A DNA stretch of 63,763 nucleotides, filler included, from an uncultured Methanosarcinales archaeon (GTDB lineage: Archaea; Nanobdellota; Nanobdellia; Woesearchaeales; CAZOXR01): the NCBI GenBank assembly GCA_964566535.1. It is 4 parts of 4 records of this genome, joined end to end, with 100 filler letters (N's around TTAATTAATTAA, not from the genome) between each part and the next. Parts side by side here need not be neighbours in the genome. Positions count along the whole stretch, not along the records: positions 39,633 to 62,045 come from CAZMIO010000016.1; 3 more parts are not named here. One strand, 5' to 3'. Position 1 is the stretch's first letter; each line of letters begins with the position of its first letter. The notes under the pieces are model-generated. The model was not told the origin of the DNA and ran no database searches. It worked only from the letters and a program-made list of their open reading frames with translations. Shown piece after piece: positions 40,469 through 51,257 of this stretch. The position numbers and the translations under genes were made by a program.

Positions 40469-42007
40469 TTATAATGGGATATTACCGTGTTTCTTTGAAG
40501 GCCGCTTCTCCCTCTTATCTATGATCATATCCAAACACTTAATCAACGTCTTTCTAGTCTCCTTAGGATCAATCACCATATCAACTTTTCCTTTCTTAGC
40601 AGCAACATATGGGTTTAACAATTTATCAGAAAACTCCTGGATCTTTTCCTTCCTAACTTTCTCCTTATCCTTAGCATTTTTCAACTCTTTTCTATTAACG
40701 ATATTAACAGCTTGCTCCGCCCCCATAACTGCAATCTCTGCAAAGGGCCATGCAATTACCTTATCATAACCCATATCCTTAGAAACCATTGCAATATAAG
40801 CACCACCATAAGCCTTTCTCATAACTAAACTAATCTTAGGAACAGTAGCCTCAGAGTAAGCATAAAGTATCTTTGCACCATGTCTTATGATCCCACTGTG
40901 CTCTTGGTCCGTTCCAGGCAAAAACCCTGTAACATCAACAAAATTAACTAAGGGGATATTAAAACCATCACAAAACCTTACAAACCTTGAAATCTTATCG
41001 GCAGAATTAATATCAAGACATCCAGCTAATACCTTAGGCTGATTAGCAACAAGTCCAATAACGTTATTATTCAGCCTCCCAAAACCAACAACAGCATTCT
41101 GAGCATAATGTTCTTGAATCTCAAAAAAACTATTCTTATCCACAACTTCTTTAATAACATCCTTTACATCATAAGCCTTTTTAGAATCGATAGGCACAAT
41201 ATCTTTAAGGTTATTATTCAACCTGTTAGGATTATCTCCCGTATCCAAGAAGGGAGGGTTTTCTAGATTATTCTGAGGTATATAGTTAAGGAGCATCTTA
41301 ATAATCCTAATTGCTTCTTTTTCACTATTTGCGTTAAACTGCGCAACTCCACTTTTGGAATTGTGCATTGACGCCCCACCTAACTCCTCAAACCCAATAT
41401 CTTCTCCAGTGACTGTTTTTATAACTTCAGGACCTGTGATGAACATATTACTTGTTTTATCAGCCATTATAATAAAGTCAGTAAGTGCAGGAGAGTAAAC
41501 CGCAATCCCAGCACACGGACCGAGTATAGTAGAAATTTGAGGCACAACTCCTGATGCTTGAGTATTCTTAAGGAATATCTCCCCGCCACCATCTAGCCCC
41601 CCAATACCCTCTTGAATTCTTGCTCCGCCAGAATCGAGTAATCCAATAACTGGAGCTCCATTCTTAAGTGCAAGATCAATAATATCAGCAATCTTCTTAG
41701 TGTGTTGTTCACCCATTGAACCGCCCATAAATGTAAAATCCTGAGCATAAACAAAAACCTTCCTTTTATTTATTGTACCATAACCTGTAATAACTCCATC
41801 TCTTCCCTTTGCCTTTTTATTAAGCTCCTCATCACTATCTAGCTCAACAAATGTTCCTATTTCCATAAAGGAATCAGAATCTAATAGTAGCTCAATCCTT
41901 TCAGAAGCAGTCAATTTGCCCTTTTTATGCTGGATTTTCACTGCATCTTTATCTACTAAATCGTCTTTCTTTTTCTTAAGTTCCTTAACGCTTTTATCGT
42001 ATGACAT
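40469..42007 (-). CDS. Acyl-CoA carboxyltransferase (methylmalonyl-CoA decarboxylase alpha / PCC beta type)
   Basis: DSGGARIQEG, GFLPG, RKAYGGAY, KKHGNIPL. Confidence 0.93.
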   Translation of the reverse strand: MSYDKSVKELKKKKDDLVDKDAVKIQHKKGKLTASERIELLLDSDSFMEIGTFVELDSDEELNKKAKGRDGVITGYGTINKRKVFVYAQDFTFMGGSMGEQHTKKIADIIDLALKNGAPVIGLLDSGGARIQEGIGGLDGGGEIFLKNTQASGVVPQISTILGPCAGIAVYSPALTDFIIMADKTSNMFITGPEVIKTVTGEDIGFEELGGASMHNSKSGVAQFNANSEKEAIRIIKMLLNYIPQNNLENPPFLDTGDNPNRLNNNLKDIVPIDSKKAYDVKDVIKEVVDKNSFFEIQEHYAQNAVVGFGRLNNNVIGLVANQPKVLAGCLDINSADKISRFVRFCDGFNIPLVNFVDVTGFLPGTDQEHSGIIRHGAKILYAYSEATVPKISLVMRKAYGGAYIAMVSKDMGYDKVIAWPFAEIAVMGAEQAVNIVNRKELKNAKDKEKVRKEKIQEFSDKLLNPYVAAKKGKVDMVIDPKETRKTLIKCLDMIIDKREKRPSKKHGNIPL

Positions 42008-42075
42008 TTTTCACTACCTATGTATAACAAAGGATATATTACCCTAATAAAAAGGTTTCGGTAGTCTATTTTAGT

Positions 42076-42780
42076 TCAAAATAGCCTAAAACCCTTCCCT
42101 TCTTTAGTACCAATTATCCCTCCTTCAACAATCTTAAATGTGATTCCTTTCTCCTGAGGAATAGACCTATGTTTCTTCAATATAGCCCTACGATTACCAT
42201 AAGGCGTAACTTGCAGCTCAATCAAACATTTACTGCCATATTTTAACAAATCCCCTCCAACAATATTAACTTTATCCTTATCAGTAAAATTAGCATAAAC
42301 CTGATTCGCTACCAACACAGGAATCTTCATCTTCCTAGCAATCTCATTAAGATAAGCTATCTGTTTCCCAAGCTCCCTGTTAGTTTCATAAACGTCATCA
42401 TTCTTCCCCAGCTCAATTCTATAAAGCATAGCTATAGTATCTACAATTATCAATCCTACCTTATCATTAATTATCTTCCTTAACTTATCAAAACTTTTCT
42501 TCTGTTCTTCAAAAGTAGTCGGTTTTAAAAAAACAATATTATCCAATACTTTCTTATAATCAGGAGCAATTTGTTTAAGCCTGTCGATTGAAAAAGAGCC
42601 TTCGGTATCAACGTATATCACTTTCTTACCTTTCCTAGCCAAGTTTATTGCACACAACAGACATAAAACAGTCTTCCCAGAACCAGCGGGGCCATATACA
42701 CAGGTTATAGTGTCATTGTCATAACCGCCTTCCAACATTCTGTCAAGAACTTTACTACCTGAGAATACTTTAATTGACAT
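42076..42780 (-). CDS. radB: DNA repair protein RadB
   Basis: GPAGSGKT, DTEG, KHR motif; no RadA N-terminal domain. Confidence 0.92.
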   Translation of the reverse strand: MSIKVFSGSKVLDRMLEGGYDNDTITCVYGPAGSGKTVLCLLCAINLARKGKKVIYVDTEGSFSIDRLKQIAPDYKKVLDNIVFLKPTTFEEQKKSFDKLRKIINDKVGLIIVDTIAMLYRIELGKNDDVYETNRELGKQIAYLNEIARKMKIPVLVANQVYANFTDKDKVNIVGGDLLKYGSKCLIELQVTPYGNRRAILKKHRSIPQEKGITFKIVEGGIIGTKEGKGFRLF

Positions 42781-42877
42781 AAACAAAAAGTAGAATCCTC
42801 CAAGTTATAAATTTTTCGAGACAAATAAAAAAATTAAAAACCAAAGATTTATATTAAAAAAGAGAACAGATTAGGAT

Positions 42878-44131
42878 ATGGAATCCTTCATAAGAGCCTT
42901 AATCATGTTCGCTTATCTAATCGCACTATATTTTGTAGTATTCTGGCTTTTAGTGTTATTCGAGAAAAAACCAGAACAAAACCAAAAGCCCCTAAAACAA
43001 TTTCCATTCGTAACTATTCTAATTCCAGCTTATAATGAAGAAAAAAAGATTACTTCTACCCTAAAGTCAATCCTCAAATTAGATTACCCTAAAAATAAGC
43101 TAGATTTCATAGTAGTAAATGACGGTTCTACCGATAATACCTTACAATTGATTAAGGATGTTATCCATGAAAATAAAGAGTTCAAAATAAGGTTAATAAA
43201 CCAAAAAAATCATGGAAAAGGAGCAGCACTAAACAAAGGATTAAAAGAAGCAAAAGGAGAATTTTTCATATGTTTAGATGCAGATTCTTATGTCAAGGAA
43301 GATTCACTAAAAAAACTTCTACCTTACTTTGATAAAAAGGATATAGCCTGCGTTTTACCAGTCATGAAAGTGAGATCACCAGGAAATTTCTTACAAAAAA
43401 TGCAGTGGTTCGAATATATAGTAAATATGTTCTATAAAGAATTGATGGGAAGGTTAGATTGCATCCATGTTACTCCTGGCCCCTTTAGTATATACAGAAC
43501 AAGCATTCTTAAAAAAGTGGGATGTTTTGATGAGGATCATAATTTAACTGAAGATCTTGAAATTGCTTTAAGACTCCAAAGTAAAAACTACAAAATTATC
43601 CAAGCCTTAGAAGGAGAAGTTTCCACAATCTCTCCAAAAACAATTAAAAGCCTATACGATCAAAGGAACAGGTGGTATAAGGGTTCAATCTTAAATGCAT
43701 TCAAGTATGGGAAGATGATGTTCAATAAAAAGTATGGTGATTTTGGAATAATCCAAATGCCAGTAATCATAATATCGGGAGTGATAGCAGTCATAATCAT
43801 TACGGCCCTGTTTTATTATAACATTTGGAGGCCATTTGGGGAGTTTATCAAGATGAGATATATTGATTTTGATTTCTTAACCTTAATAAAGACATTCACA
43901 TTTGATTTCCATATATTGGACCTAGATTTTACGAGCATATCCTTAGCGATAATCATGTTAATAATATCCGTATTTATTTTCACAAAATCACATGTGGTCC
44001 TAAAAGAAAAAGTTAATAAACATGGGATACTATCTTCGGTGATATACCTATTGTCTTATTTTGTTTTACTCGGCATAATATGGATTGGAATTTTAGTGGA
44101 GCTAATGATTGGTAAAAAACAAAGATGGTGA
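42878..44131 (+). CDS. Processive-type GT2 membrane glycosyltransferase
   Basis: PAYNE, DGSTD, DAD, TED, QRNRW. Confidence 0.9.
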   Translation: MESFIRALIMFAYLIALYFVVFWLLVLFEKKPEQNQKPLKQFPFVTILIPAYNEEKKITSTLKSILKLDYPKNKLDFIVVNDGSTDNTLQLIKDVIHENKEFKIRLINQKNHGKGAALNKGLKEAKGEFFICLDADSYVKEDSLKKLLPYFDKKDIACVLPVMKVRSPGNFLQKMQWFEYIVNMFYKELMGRLDCIHVTPGPFSIYRTSILKKVGCFDEDHNLTEDLEIALRLQSKNYKIIQALEGEVSTISPKTIKSLYDQRNRWYKGSILNAFKYGKMMFNKKYGDFGIIQMPVIIISGVIAVIIITALFYYNIWRPFGEFIKMRYIDFDFLTLIKTFTFDFHILDLDFTSISLAIIMLIISVFIFTKSHVVLKEKVNKHGILSSVIYLLSYFVLLGIIWIGILVELMIGKKQRW

Positions 44132-44853
44132 ACACAAGAAGAGTAAGCACTGAAAAATATGTAATTGCTGCAGTTATAACTATTGGCATATTCCTTTTTG
44201 GACTTTTGTTGGGCCTTTATATCGAAGGCAAAAGAGCAGTCTATATCGAATCTATGGGCAGGGAACAAAATATGAACTATAACAGTCTCCAGCTCCAGTA
44301 CGCTTTCATGGATCAGCTAAGTAAGGAAGAAAATTGCGATGCTGTCTCAAAAACATTCGAAGACAATATCAAAAATCTAGAATCCACCAGGGAAAGATTA
44401 GAAGAATTTGATGAGAAATCCACTCTAAACAAAGAGGACTTCAACATATTAAGAAGAGATTATGTTCTCGCCCAAATAAGGTACTGGCTATTAGCAAAAA
44501 GAACTAAAGATGTTTGTAAAAGAGATATAACAACAGTATTATATTTTTATTCCGATAATGTAGGGTGTCCGGATTGTGGCAAACAAGCTTTCGTCTTAAC
44601 TTACCTAAAAAAATTATTTAAGGATAAGCTGCTAGTATTCTCTTTTGATTCACAACAAGAAGGAGAACCCATGATCAATATTCTCAAGCATACTTACAAT
44701 GTTACCAAATACCCCACTTTAGTCATTGAAGGAGAAAAATTCACAAGTTTGATGGACAAAACAGAATCATTAAAAGAAATCTGTAGATACCACTTAACTG
44801 ATGAAAAATGCGCACCTTACGTCCAACAAAATGAAACATCAACGGAAAACTAG
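44125..44853 (+). CDS. Membrane-anchored protein with a C-terminal thioredoxin-like fold
   Basis: N-terminal TM helix; YFYS...CPDC...YPTLVI. Confidence 0.7.
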   Translation: MVNTRRVSTEKYVIAAVITIGIFLFGLLLGLYIEGKRAVYIESMGREQNMNYNSLQLQYAFMDQLSKEENCDAVSKTFEDNIKNLESTRERLEEFDEKSTLNKEDFNILRRDYVLAQIRYWLLAKRTKDVCKRDITTVLYFYSDNVGCPDCGKQAFVLTYLKKLFKDKLLVFSFDSQQEGEPMINILKHTYNVTKYPTLVIEGEKFTSLMDKTESLKEICRYHLTDEKCAPYVQQNETSTEN

Positions 44854-46210
44854 ACTCTTTTTATACTTAATTTTTATATCATTTCTATCAATAAAAATAT
44901 TTCATCTAATTTACCAACAAGGAATTTCCTGGGATTCTGCCGTATATATAGAAATGGGGAAATACATCTTCTCAGCAGGAAAACTTGGCCTATGGGAATC
45001 ATCAAGACCACTAATCTGGCCAACATTTTTAGGCACAATATGGAAGTTAGGGTTAAATCCCATAATCTCAGGAAGAATATTAGAGCTAACATTTAGTTTA
45101 GGCCTTATCCATCTCACATTCATAGTTGGGAAAGAAGTTTTTAACGAAAAAATTGCATTACTCTCAGCTTTCTTCCTAGCATTCAGCCAAACTTTCCTAT
45201 CATACAGTTCAACAATATTAACAGCTATCCCCTCCACCTTCTTCGCTTTATTATCGGTCTATTTTTTAATCAAGAATAAATACTCCCTATCTGGACTTTT
45301 CATTGGAATAAGTTTCATGACAAGATTTCTGCAATTATTCATTCTAATCCCAATAGTTCTTATTCTACTGTACTTTAAAAAATTAAATCTAAAAAAATTA
45401 ATAAAACTAAGCTACGGTTCTGCAATAGTTGTAATCCCTTGCCTAATAATTAACTACATTCTTTACCAAAACCCGTTACATCCATTCTTATTGCAAACAC
45501 TCCTCACTAAATATACTGGCTGGATATACCATCAACCCTTTCAGTTTTACTTCATAAACTTATTCAAAGAAAACTTCTTAGTCTTATTCAGCCTAGTCGG
45601 ATTATTCTACATATTCAAAGAAAAAAACAACAAACAATGGATCATTACTAGCATTTTCATAACTTTCTTCTTATTTTTCACCTCAACAGCACATAAAGAA
45701 ATGAGATTTACTCTTGTCTTCTTGCCATATTTATACCTAATAACTTCATTTGGACTTGTAATTAGTTTAAAAAATTTAAAATCAAAAAGGGCGTCATTAT
45801 TCTTATTAATCTCCTTAATTCTCTTATGGTCAGCCCAATCAATATCTCAAACCGCTGCCCTAAACTATGCAGAACCCCTCAACCTCAACAATTACCTAAA
45901 AGATGAGAATATCAAAGGAAACATCTGGATTACCAGCCCTTTACAATTAGTCAACACAAACAAAAAAGCAGATGAACTAATATATTATCCACTCTACAAC
46001 TCAGAAAAAATAGACCAACTAATACCTAAGTTATCAAGTGCAGACCACATCCTAATCGACACATGCGATATCCTACCTTGCCCACCAGACGACCTTCAAT
46101 GTACTGAAAAAACCACTCAACTGTTAGATTCAATAAAAGAGAAGTTCAATTTAGTCTACAATAAAAAAGAAAATAATTGTGAAAAGTTTATATTTAGCTC
46201 TTCTTCTTAA
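44831..46210 (+). CDS. GT-C (ArnT/PMT-like) membrane glycosyltransferase
   Basis: WDSAVY, RPL, many TM helices, HKEMRF; start uncertain (44801 or 44831). Confidence 0.8.
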   Translation: MKHQRKTRLFLYLIFISFLSIKIFHLIYQQGISWDSAVYIEMGKYIFSAGKLGLWESSRPLIWPTFLGTIWKLGLNPIISGRILELTFSLGLIHLTFIVGKEVFNEKIALLSAFFLAFSQTFLSYSSTILTAIPSTFFALLSVYFLIKNKYSLSGLFIGISFMTRFLQLFILIPIVLILLYFKKLNLKKLIKLSYGSAIVVIPCLIINYILYQNPLHPFLLQTLLTKYTGWIYHQPFQFYFINLFKENFLVLFSLVGLFYIFKEKNNKQWIITSIFITFFLFFTSTAHKEMRFTLVFLPYLYLITSFGLVISLKNLKSKRASLFLLISLILLWSAQSISQTAALNYAEPLNLNNYLKDENIKGNIWITSPLQLVNTNKKADELIYYPLYNSEKIDQLIPKLSSADHILIDTCDILPCPPDDLQCTEKTTQLLDSIKEKFNLVYNKKENNCEKFIFSSSS

Positions 46211-46664
46211 TCTTAATAAAATCCCCAATAGTAAATGAATCACTCTTCACAGTAGGCACTTTCTCACCATCATCTTCATACTGTTCAATCAGTTTAACTT
46301 TAAGAAAACCTTCTAACTTCCGTGCAAGATTAATGCTCGGTTCAAACTTCCCCCCTTCCACATTATGGACCACAGATTCCTTCTCATTAATCATCCTAGC
46401 AAAATCTTCCTGCTTTAGCCCTCTCGCTTCCCTAGCATCCCTTATCTTCTTCCCATAGTCAGAAACAATCATCTGAATTACTTCTTTCATAACACCAGAC
46501 TCTTCCCTAACTTCCTGTACTTTTTTCTTCTTCTCCCTAACTGCTACTCTCACTTCAGATATCACATTCCCATGTTTTCCACAATTACTACAAACATTAA
46601 GCTCAGTCCCCTCAATAGAGGTCTTAAACAATCTTCCTTGCGTACCACACATTTCACAGTTCAT
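46194..46664 (-). CDS. Archaeal multiprotein bridging factor 1 (aMBF1)
   Basis: CEMCG...CSNC zinc ribbon + HTH + TIGD. Confidence 0.92.
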   Translation of the reverse strand: MNCEMCGTQGRLFKTSIEGTELNVCSNCGKHGNVISEVRVAVREKKKKVQEVREESGVMKEVIQMIVSDYGKKIRDAREARGLKQEDFARMINEKESVVHNVEGGKFEPSINLARKLEGFLKVKLIEQYEDDGEKVPTVKSDSFTIGDFIKIKKKS

Positions 46665-47071
46665 CTTCCTCCCTCCATTACCGTCACAATGACTTTCCTA
46701 ACGCCTCTTGGACCATCAAACTCACAAAACCCCAACGATTGCCAAGTCCCCATTTGCATCTTTCCATCCTTAATTGGAACAGTCTCCGACGGACCAACAA
46801 TAGCAGCCTTAACATGCGAATCACCATTACCATCTACTTGATCATGCTTCCAAACCCCGGCTGGAATTAACTTCTTCATTGCATCAACAATATCTTCCTG
46901 GACCTTATGATCATAATTCTCATTTATAATAATAGCACCAGTTGCATGCAAACAAAACACATTACAAAAACCTTCCTTAATCTTAGCTTTAGCAACAATT
47001 TCCTCAACTTTACTATTAATATCAACTAATTCCTCTCTCTTAGATGTAGAAAAAACAATCTCCTCTTGCAT
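46661..47071 (-). CDS. YjbQ/UPF0047 family protein
   Basis: HATGAIIINE, NGDSH, GTWQ, EFDGPR. Confidence 0.92.
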   Translation of the reverse strand: MQEEIVFSTSKREELVDINSKVEEIVAKAKIKEGFCNVFCLHATGAIIINENYDHKVQEDIVDAMKKLIPAGVWKHDQVDGNGDSHVKAAIVGPSETVPIKDGKMQMGTWQSLGFCEFDGPRGVRKVIVTVMEGGR

Positions 47072-47177
47072 ACAATATTAAAATCAAACAACATATAAAT
47101 ATTTTTTCCAAAACATAACTTCCAACCAATTAAAACCTAACGATAACTATTTAAAAAGGCAAACCTCAATTAATCCT

Positions 47178-47846
47178 ATGGCAAAAGAAAAATTCCTACT
47201 CTTAAGCTTAAAAGAAGAAAAAGCAAAAAAAGTAGCTCAAGTTATATCTAATCCTAGCTGTAGAAAAATATTAGATCATCTAGCCGAAAAAGAAGCAACA
47301 GAAACAGAATTAGCTAATATATTAGATTTGCCACTCTCAACAGTCCACTACAACCTAAAGCAATTAATAGATTCAGATTTAGTAATAGTAGAAGAATTTC
47401 ACTACAGCAAAAAAGGAAAAGAAGTAAACCATTACAAACTAGCAAACAAATACGTCATAATAGCTCCAAAAAGCACGTTTGGAATAAAAGAAAAGCTAAA
47501 GTCCATCCTCCCAGTTGTAGGATTAACAGTAATAACAGCAGGCCTACTACAGTTCTTCACAGGAAACATCGGAACAACCGCATCATTCGCATCAGAATCA
47601 TTAGCAAAATCAGCACAACCAGTAATGGAGGCAGCAGTACAAGAAGCAGCCGCAGATACATTATCCGTAGCACCATCAGCTGCAGAAATGACTCAAACAG
47701 CGGCAGAAACAATTTCCCAACAATTACCTGGAACCATTGCACATCCGTTAATATCCAACATAGCATTATGGTTCATCATCGGAGGATTATTCGCATTAGC
47801 ACTATTCATGTTATCGGAATACATAAAGAACAAAAAAGAAAAATGA
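47178..47846 (+). CDS. ArsR-type wHTH regulator with C-terminal TM helices
   Basis: N-terminal HTH (LPLSTVHYNLKQL); two hydrophobic segments. Confidence 0.82.
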   Translation: MAKEKFLLLSLKEEKAKKVAQVISNPSCRKILDHLAEKEATETELANILDLPLSTVHYNLKQLIDSDLVIVEEFHYSKKGKEVNHYKLANKYVIIAPKSTFGIKEKLKSILPVVGLTVITAGLLQFFTGNIGTTASFASESLAKSAQPVMEAAVQEAAADTLSVAPSAAEMTQTAAETISQQLPGTIAHPLISNIALWFIIGGLFALALFMLSEYIKNKKEK

Positions 47847-48157
47847 AAAAAATATTACTCTCAATACTAATCCTCGTCCTCATCACTGCATGCACTATCC
47901 AAGAAAAACCAACAACTCTCCCAGGAAACAAAGAAACACCAATAAATGATGCAGAGTGCCAAACAAACGACGACTGCACAACAGGAGGCTGCTCAGGCAT
48001 TGTCTGCCAATCAAAAGATACAGAACCAGTCTTCTCAACATGCGAATATTCTCCTTCATACGATTGCTACAAAACCATAGACTGCGGCTGTATCCAAGGC
48101 AAATGCCAGTGGCAAAAAACAGAAGACTTCAACACTTGTGTAAAGAATTCTAAGTAA
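47843..48157 (+). CDS. Eight-cysteine-cluster lipoprotein
   Basis: Lipobox ITAC; C...DC.TGGCSG..C......C......C......CGC..G.CQW. Confidence 0.8.
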   Translation: MKKILLSILILVLITACTIQEKPTTLPGNKETPINDAECQTNDDCTTGGCSGIVCQSKDTEPVFSTCEYSPSYDCYKTIDCGCIQGKCQWQKTEDFNTCVKNSK

Positions 48158-48273
48158 AACCACCGAAATTATTTCACAATTTCCGTAATATTTTGTTACC
48201 ATTTTTTCTGATTACAAGTATTTTTATAAGATTCTAGATTTTCTTAATATAACGAGCACGGAGGAATGAAAAA

Positions 48274-49353
48274 ATGGTGAATAAAAAACTTCTAGAAAAT
48301 ACAGTCAGAGAAATGGTAGGTCCAGGCAAAGTAATCATGGCTATGGATGAAAGCACAGGTACTATGAATGGTAGGCTCCAAAAAGTTGGAATGGATCCAA
48401 CAGTAGAAAGTGCAGAAGCTTGGAGGGAACTAATTGTCACAGCTCCAGATTTAACTGGTGTTGGAGCAGCTATCTTATACGAAGGAACCGTAGACCAAAA
48501 AGTTGATGGCACACCAGTTCACGAAATATTAGCAGAAAGAGGAATAGTCCCAGGGGTGAAGTTAGATCAAGGAAAAGTCCCAGTAATTAAACCTTACGAT
48601 GAAAACAATACAATTGGTTTAGACACTCTTCACGAAAAATTAGAAGAACATGGAGGTGCAATAAGATTTGCAAAGTGGAGATCAGAATTTGTAATAGGCC
48701 CATATACTCCAACTAGACAAGCAATTGATGCTAATACGATAGGGCTCAAACAGTTTGTTATAGCATGTCAAGAACATGATGTAGTTCCAATTTTTGAACC
48801 TGAAGTTCTAATAAAAGGAGACCACGATATATATAGGGCTTTCAGAGTAAATCAAAGAGTTTTAAGCGCAGTATTTGAAGCACTTGATGAAGCTGGTGCT
48901 TATTTACCAGGAGCAATACTAAAGGCAAGCTTTGTTACGCCTGGTAGTACACATAGAAGGTTAGTGGACCATGGTACATATACAGAAGGTTACGCTGAAC
49001 CTGAAGAAGTAGCCAAAGCAACAATTGACTGTTGGACATATGGCGGTATTGTACCAACAGACCTTGGAGCAGGAGTGTTCTTGTCTGGAGGATTATCTGA
49101 TATTGATGCAGTTAGAAACCTTGATGCTGTTAACAAACTTGGAAATGAGGTGGGTGCTCCTTGGATATTATCGGCATCTTTTGGAAGAGCTGAAATAGGA
49201 GAGGCATTAGAGCATTGGAGGGGAGACCCTGCATATGTTGCAGAAGCACAAGCAATTCTAAATGAAAGAACAGCTGCATGTGGTTTAGCAAGAGATGGTA
49301 AATTACCTGACGGATTCAGATACGAAAGAACTGCTAGACAAGTAGGAAGATAA
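48274..49353 (+). CDS. Class I fructose-bisphosphate aldolase (eukaryote/bacterial type)
   Basis: AMDES, FAKWR, EPEV, ILKASFVTPG (Schiff-base Lys), FLSGG, SFGRA. Confidence 0.88.
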   Translation: MVNKKLLENTVREMVGPGKVIMAMDESTGTMNGRLQKVGMDPTVESAEAWRELIVTAPDLTGVGAAILYEGTVDQKVDGTPVHEILAERGIVPGVKLDQGKVPVIKPYDENNTIGLDTLHEKLEEHGGAIRFAKWRSEFVIGPYTPTRQAIDANTIGLKQFVIACQEHDVVPIFEPEVLIKGDHDIYRAFRVNQRVLSAVFEALDEAGAYLPGAILKASFVTPGSTHRRLVDHGTYTEGYAEPEEVAKATIDCWTYGGIVPTDLGAGVFLSGGLSDIDAVRNLDAVNKLGNEVGAPWILSASFGRAEIGEALEHWRGDPAYVAEAQAILNERTAACGLARDGKLPDGFRYERTARQVGR

Positions 49354-49417
49354 CCCCTTCCACTTTTTTTCTTTTCCTCCAATACCTTTAAATAAACCCA
49401 TAACCTCCTTTCTAACC

Positions 49418-49909
49418 ATGAAAGTAATAGCAATCTCAGGAACACCAGGTACAGGAAAAACTACATTAGCTAAAAAACTATCAAAAAAACTATCATACCC
49501 TATTCTAGACGTAAAAAAATTCATAAAAAGCAAAAAACTATCGGAATCCTACGACAAGAAAAGAAAAACCAACATAATAGACACATCAAAACTAAATAAA
49601 GAACTAATCAAAGAAATAAACAAAGTAAAAAAAGAGCACAATCCAAAAGGAATAATAATAGACTCCCATCTATCACATTACCTACCAAAAAAACAAGTAA
49701 CTCTCTGCATAATAACAAAATGTAACTTAAAGACATTAAACACAAGACTCAAAAAAAGAAGATACTCAAAACTAAAAATAAGGGAAAACCTCGACGCAGA
49801 AATATTCGACACTTGCCATATCGAAGCAAAAGAAAAGCAGCATAACACAATTGTTATCACAACAACGAATGCTTTAAATATGAACAATATATCCAAAAAG
49901 ATAAAATGA
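49418..49909 (+). CDS. AK6/Fap7-type adenylate kinase
   Basis: SGTPGTGKTT, IDSH, KIRENLDAE. Confidence 0.88.
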   Translation: MKVIAISGTPGTGKTTLAKKLSKKLSYPILDVKKFIKSKKLSESYDKKRKTNIIDTSKLNKELIKEINKVKKEHNPKGIIIDSHLSHYLPKKQVTLCIITKCNLKTLNTRLKKRRYSKLKIRENLDAEIFDTCHIEAKEKQHNTIVITTTNALNMNNISKKIK

Positions 49910-51192
49910 CAAATCCACAAGCAGAAGAACTAAACGAAACAATTTTGAACAACAACCCAGCAATCTTAGAGATGCTGTCAGACAAAGGCAAGGCCATATT
50001 CTTCCCAAAAAAAGGGATTCTAGCTCAAACAGCAGAAGCAAAAGGAAAGAAAATAAACGCAACAATAGGCATAGCTTTAGAAGAAGATTCTTCACCTTTA
50101 TGCCTAAACTCAATCTCAAAAAACATTTCATTAGAACCAAAAGACGCATTTCCATATGCACCATCTTTCGGAAAACTAGAATTAAGAGAACAATGGAAAG
50201 AGATGATTATAGAAAAGAACCCTGACCTAAAGTCAGAAATATCCTTACCAGTAGTTTCAAACGCATTAACTCACGGCTTAAGCATGGTAGCTTACTTATT
50301 CGTAAACCCTGGAGATAAACTAATCATACCTGACTTATACTGGGGCAACTACAACCTAATATTAAAAAATGCATACGGAGCAGAATTCAACACATTTGAA
50401 CTATTCAAAGACAACGCTTTCAACATAGAAGGGTTAAAAGAAGAACTTTCAAAAGGAAAGGGAACAAAAGTCCTATTGCTAAATTTCCCAAACAACCCCA
50501 CAGGTTACACTCCAACAGAAGAAGAAGCAAGGGAAATAGTAAATGCAATAAAAGAGTCAGCTAGAGCTGGAAATAACATCGTAGCAATCATAGATGATGC
50601 TTACTTCGGATTAGTATACAAAGAAGGAATCATAAAAACTTCACTATTCGCAGAACTAGCAAACCTACATAAAAACATTCTAGCAATCAAACTCGATGGA
50701 GCAACAAAAGAAGATTACGCATGGGGTTTTAGGGTAGGATTCATAACATACGGAATAAAAAGCGGAAGCAAAGACCTATACGAAGCCTTAGAAGCAAAAA
50801 CTGCGGGAGCAATTAGGGGAAACATTTCAAACGCTCCACACTTATCACAATCATTGGTGCTAAAAGCATTCACTTCACCGACATACAAAGAAGAAAAACA
50901 AGAAAAATACGCCCTCTTAAAGAAAAGGGCAGAAACAGTAGCAGAGATTCTAGAAAACAACAAAGAATACGAAGAATGCTTCACACCCTTACCATTCAAC
51001 TCAGGCTATTTCATGTGCGTAAGACTAAAAGAAGGCCTAGACGGAGAAAAAATTAGACAAATCCTACTAGAAAAATACAGCACAGGACTGATAGCAGTAG
51101 GAAACCTACTAAGGGTAGCATTCTCATCCTGCCCAACAGCACAATTAGAAGAACTGTTCAAAAACATCTACGAAGCTTGCAAAGAAGCTTAA
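49906..51192 (+). CDS. Class I/II PLP-dependent aminotransferase
   Basis: NFPNNPTG, DDAY, GATKEDYAWGFRVG. Confidence 0.92.
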   Translation: MTNPQAEELNETILNNNPAILEMLSDKGKAIFFPKKGILAQTAEAKGKKINATIGIALEEDSSPLCLNSISKNISLEPKDAFPYAPSFGKLELREQWKEMIIEKNPDLKSEISLPVVSNALTHGLSMVAYLFVNPGDKLIIPDLYWGNYNLILKNAYGAEFNTFELFKDNAFNIEGLKEELSKGKGTKVLLLNFPNNPTGYTPTEEEAREIVNAIKESARAGNNIVAIIDDAYFGLVYKEGIIKTSLFAELANLHKNILAIKLDGATKEDYAWGFRVGFITYGIKSGSKDLYEALEAKTAGAIRGNISNAPHLSQSLVLKAFTSPTYKEEKQEKYALLKKRAETVAEILENNKEYEECFTPLPFNSGYFMCVRLKEGLDGEKIRQILLEKYSTGLIAVGNLLRVAFSSCPTAQLEELFKNIYEACKEA

Positions 51193-51257
51193 TTTCTTAT
51201 TATTTTAATTAGTTCTAAATTAAAAAACATTTTAAACCCTTACCTTTCGCTAAATCG

